From Felis catus (taxonomy: Eukaryota): a stretch of 64,000 nucleotides of DNA. Shown in pieces: positions 61,201-64,000 of this stretch. The notes under the pieces are model-generated. The model worked only from the letters and a program-made list of their open reading frames with translations, searched no databases and was not told the DNA's origin. The stretch covers positions 195,922,001-195,986,000 of the forward strand of contig NC_058368.1 of assembly GCF_018350175.1 (NCBI RefSeq), written 5' to 3'. Position 1 is the first letter of the stretch. The number at the start of each line of letters is the position of its first letter. The position numbers and the translations under genes are program-made.

Positions 61201-64000
61201 CGGCCAGCCAGGTGCAAGACAGTGCTCCCTGATGCTAGAGAAGCAGGAGGCAGCCAAGGGCCAGAGGGGGCAGGTATCGCGCTGAGCCCCCCATCTGCCT
61301 GGCTGCAGCCTGTTCCTGTGCCAGCCATACACCCCCTCTTCTCAGGTTGGGGTGCCGGCCCTTGAAAGACCTACCCTGGACGTTGGATCGGGAGCTCTGA
61401 AGACAGGCCTTCAGGAGAGGAAGGAGTGAGGGTAGATACAAGGAAGAACTGCCCGGGGTCAGGAGAACTGGCTCCAACAGGGGTAACTCCCTAAGTGGGT
61501 TGGGGGACAAGAAGCCCCAAGGACAGCCGTCAGAACAAGGGCTACAGTGGCTGCTGCGATCAGGCAGCCCTCACTATAGCCCGGGGGGTCGTGCCGCACA
61601 CTTTACACACATTACCCTATTCAGTTCTCCCCCCAAACTCCGAGAGGTAAGCACTAACATGCTCCCCAATTTGCTGATGAAACTGGAGCTCAGAGAGACC
61701 TGTCGAAGGCCATACAACTTGCAAGTAGCAGGGCTCGGATCTTTCCAACCAAAACTCAAAGTCTGGTTGCAGAGTCTCATTTCTTAACCGTTCCGCCTTT
61801 CAGCCCCAGACTTTGGGTCCAGTGCTCTTGGATAATGGTCTGCAGAACCGCCTGTTTCCTCATCTCATGATCGATGTCCCCAGCAGTGCCCTCTCCCCTC
61901 TCAGCTGCCTACAACAACCCATGCATCCTCTCCCTTCTGCCTGTCAGGAGAAGAGCTGAGAAAACTCATTCTTACTAAGGTAGAAATGACTGCTAGGAGA
62001 TGAAAGTCCAGGGGAGTGGAAACAGCATGGTATTGGGAGTCAGGAGACCCAAGTTCCAGTTGTGCTCAGGCAGGGATAAGCCCTTTCTCCCACCCCTGTC
62101 ACTTCTATAGGTAGTTGCCTGGTCTGCTGACCACCAGGCCTGTCTGGACCTAGGATCTGAAGGAAGGAGGAGGGGCAAGGGAAGGGAGGCCAGAGCAGAA
62201 GGTCAGGACAGGGAGAGAATTCAAGGAAATGCTTCTTCACACGGCTGCCGTCAATGGGAGTATCCAGGCCCCAAGCAGGGTGGAGTGGGACAGGGAGCCA
62301 GAGGTGGGAATAGAGACTGGCTGGAGGCAGCCCACTGTGGACGCCCGGGAGTCTTGGCACAGGGACAGGTAAACAGGCTGGGTAAACTGCCCCCCTGCTG
62401 GGGTCAGGAAGGAACCAATGGCTGGCTGCACAACCTCTGGCTCAGCTGGGGGCAGGAAGATGAACTGGGCCTGAGTAATGGCCTGACCGCCTTGCCAGCC
62501 CCTGCCCCATATCCTCCGGGCTGAAAGGAGGAAATGACACAGCCTCCATTCCCTAGGGAGTTCTCCATCCACGCCAAAGTCCCAGTGAGTGCAACCTGAC
62601 TGAATTGTGGCAGACTGCCAGCCCTCCTCTCGGGAGGACAATAATTCATACTAAGGTGAGGAGGACTGCCAGGACATGGGAGATGCGTAAGAACAGGGCT
62701 GGTAGTCCCAGACCTAGCTCCAGCCTTGCCACTGACAGGCTGGCAGAAGTCTTCACATGCCTCTTCTCTCGATGCCCAGAGGGGAACTGAGACCAGAGAG
62801 GGATGCCATATGCCCTAAGTCACACACCCCAAACCACAAAGGCACCTCCGAGTGCTCATCTTACTCACTCCAGCTGGGTCCTCTCTGCAGCCCAGCTTCC
62901 CCCTGGATGCTGAGCCGGCCTCGGTTCTCAAAGCCTCCGGGAAAGGCAGCCAATTGCCTCGCTGACAAAGAGAGGAAAATCCCACATCGAAGGCAACGGA
63001 GAAGCTGGATGTGACTTCTCTCCTCCACAGATGACTCAGCCCAGCTCTTTATCAGGAAAACCGATTTTGCAACAGCTTTTTAAATGGCCTCTCCGCCCCC
63101 AATCTCTCCTCCGCCAATCTACCCGCCCCATGCTGCCAGATTCATCTTCCTCTGCCTGGCTTCACTCACTTCTCTCTCCTGCCCCCCCAGGATGTGGAGG
63201 GTCAAACAGCAAGTCTTCATCCTGGCATTCAGGGCCCCCGACACCAGAGCCTGCCTGAAAGCTTGCTAACCTGCTGTCTGTGCCCTCGGCAACGGCCAGA
63301 GAAAATCCAATGGCCCGTGCTTCTCATGCCCACCCTGTGAGTTCCTGCCTCCCCTGTGTGGTTTGTGCCGACCCCTCTACAGGAACCCTTCTCTGTCTCA
63401 CATCCTTTGTACACGCCCCAGCCTTCCCACCTAACTGGAATGCCACCCCTTCCTCCAAAAAGCCTCCCCTGACCCACCAATGTATTATATGCACCACTTA
63501 ATAACCTCATCACTGTGCATATTATTCATAGGAGTGAGAATTACCTTTCAGGGCGTGCTCACCACACGCCAGGTCCTTGCTTCATTTACAGCAACCCTCA
63601 TCCCATGTTAGAGAAGAAACCGGCTCAGAGGGGTGAAGTGACCTGTTCAAGGAGGCGCAGCTAGGCAGTGGCACAATCAGAATTCAAACAGGGTGGCCCA
63701 GTGCCCAGTCCAGGGCCTACCACGTGGGTCACATTGCCTCTTCCCTCCCAAGGTCTTGCTTTGCAGCGATCACAGTCTAGGTTTATTCCACCCCCCATCT
63801 CCCCCCCCCCCCCACCCCCTCACCTCCTGAGACTGCAAGAGTCTCCGGGGCAGGGCAGGGCCTCAACTGCTTCACTTCTGTATTCCCCCCTTGTTCCCCG
63901 TACTTTCCATGAGTGCTGGCAGAATAATGACAAAGTCAATGGGGATGACAATAGCCAACGTGTGAGGAGCACCAGATGCTGCTGAGCTAAGGGTTTAGCA

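Noticed and set aside
59876..61332. 185-204 aa ORFs in the SYNPO intron
   Set aside because: Overlap MIR-like fragments and GC-rich intron sequence. No recognisable domain or consistent splice structure.

Overview
Mammalian nuclear DNA, almost certainly a cat-like carnivore (abundant tRNA-derived Can-SINEs of the feliform type). The region is syntenic with human 5q33.1. In order it holds: (1) the probable 3' UTR/poly(A) end of DCTN4 (+, inferred from synteny only); (2) complete RBM22 (+, 11 coding exons, 9201-18832, 1263 nt, 420 aa); (3) a repeat-dense gap of about 9 kb; (4) complete MYOZ3/calsarcin-3 (-, 6 coding exons, 43110-31395, 765 nt, 254 aa; missed as a gene by the ORF track); (5) the last two exons of SYNPO/synaptopodin (-), giving short (680 aa) and long (905 aa) C-terminal isoforms. 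I found no CRISPR array, no RNA gene and no clearly new biological system. The most interesting signals are shared protein motifs between the head-to-tail neighbours SYNPO and MYOZ3; several unusual splicing features in the spliceosome gene RBM22 (a GC-AG intron, a (TG)11 acceptor, a candidate poison exon, inverted SINEs); coding microsatellites in SYNPO; and three SINEs inserted in series at one target site. Comparisons with human proteins are from memory and need checking by alignment. Repeat boundaries and subfamily names are approximate.
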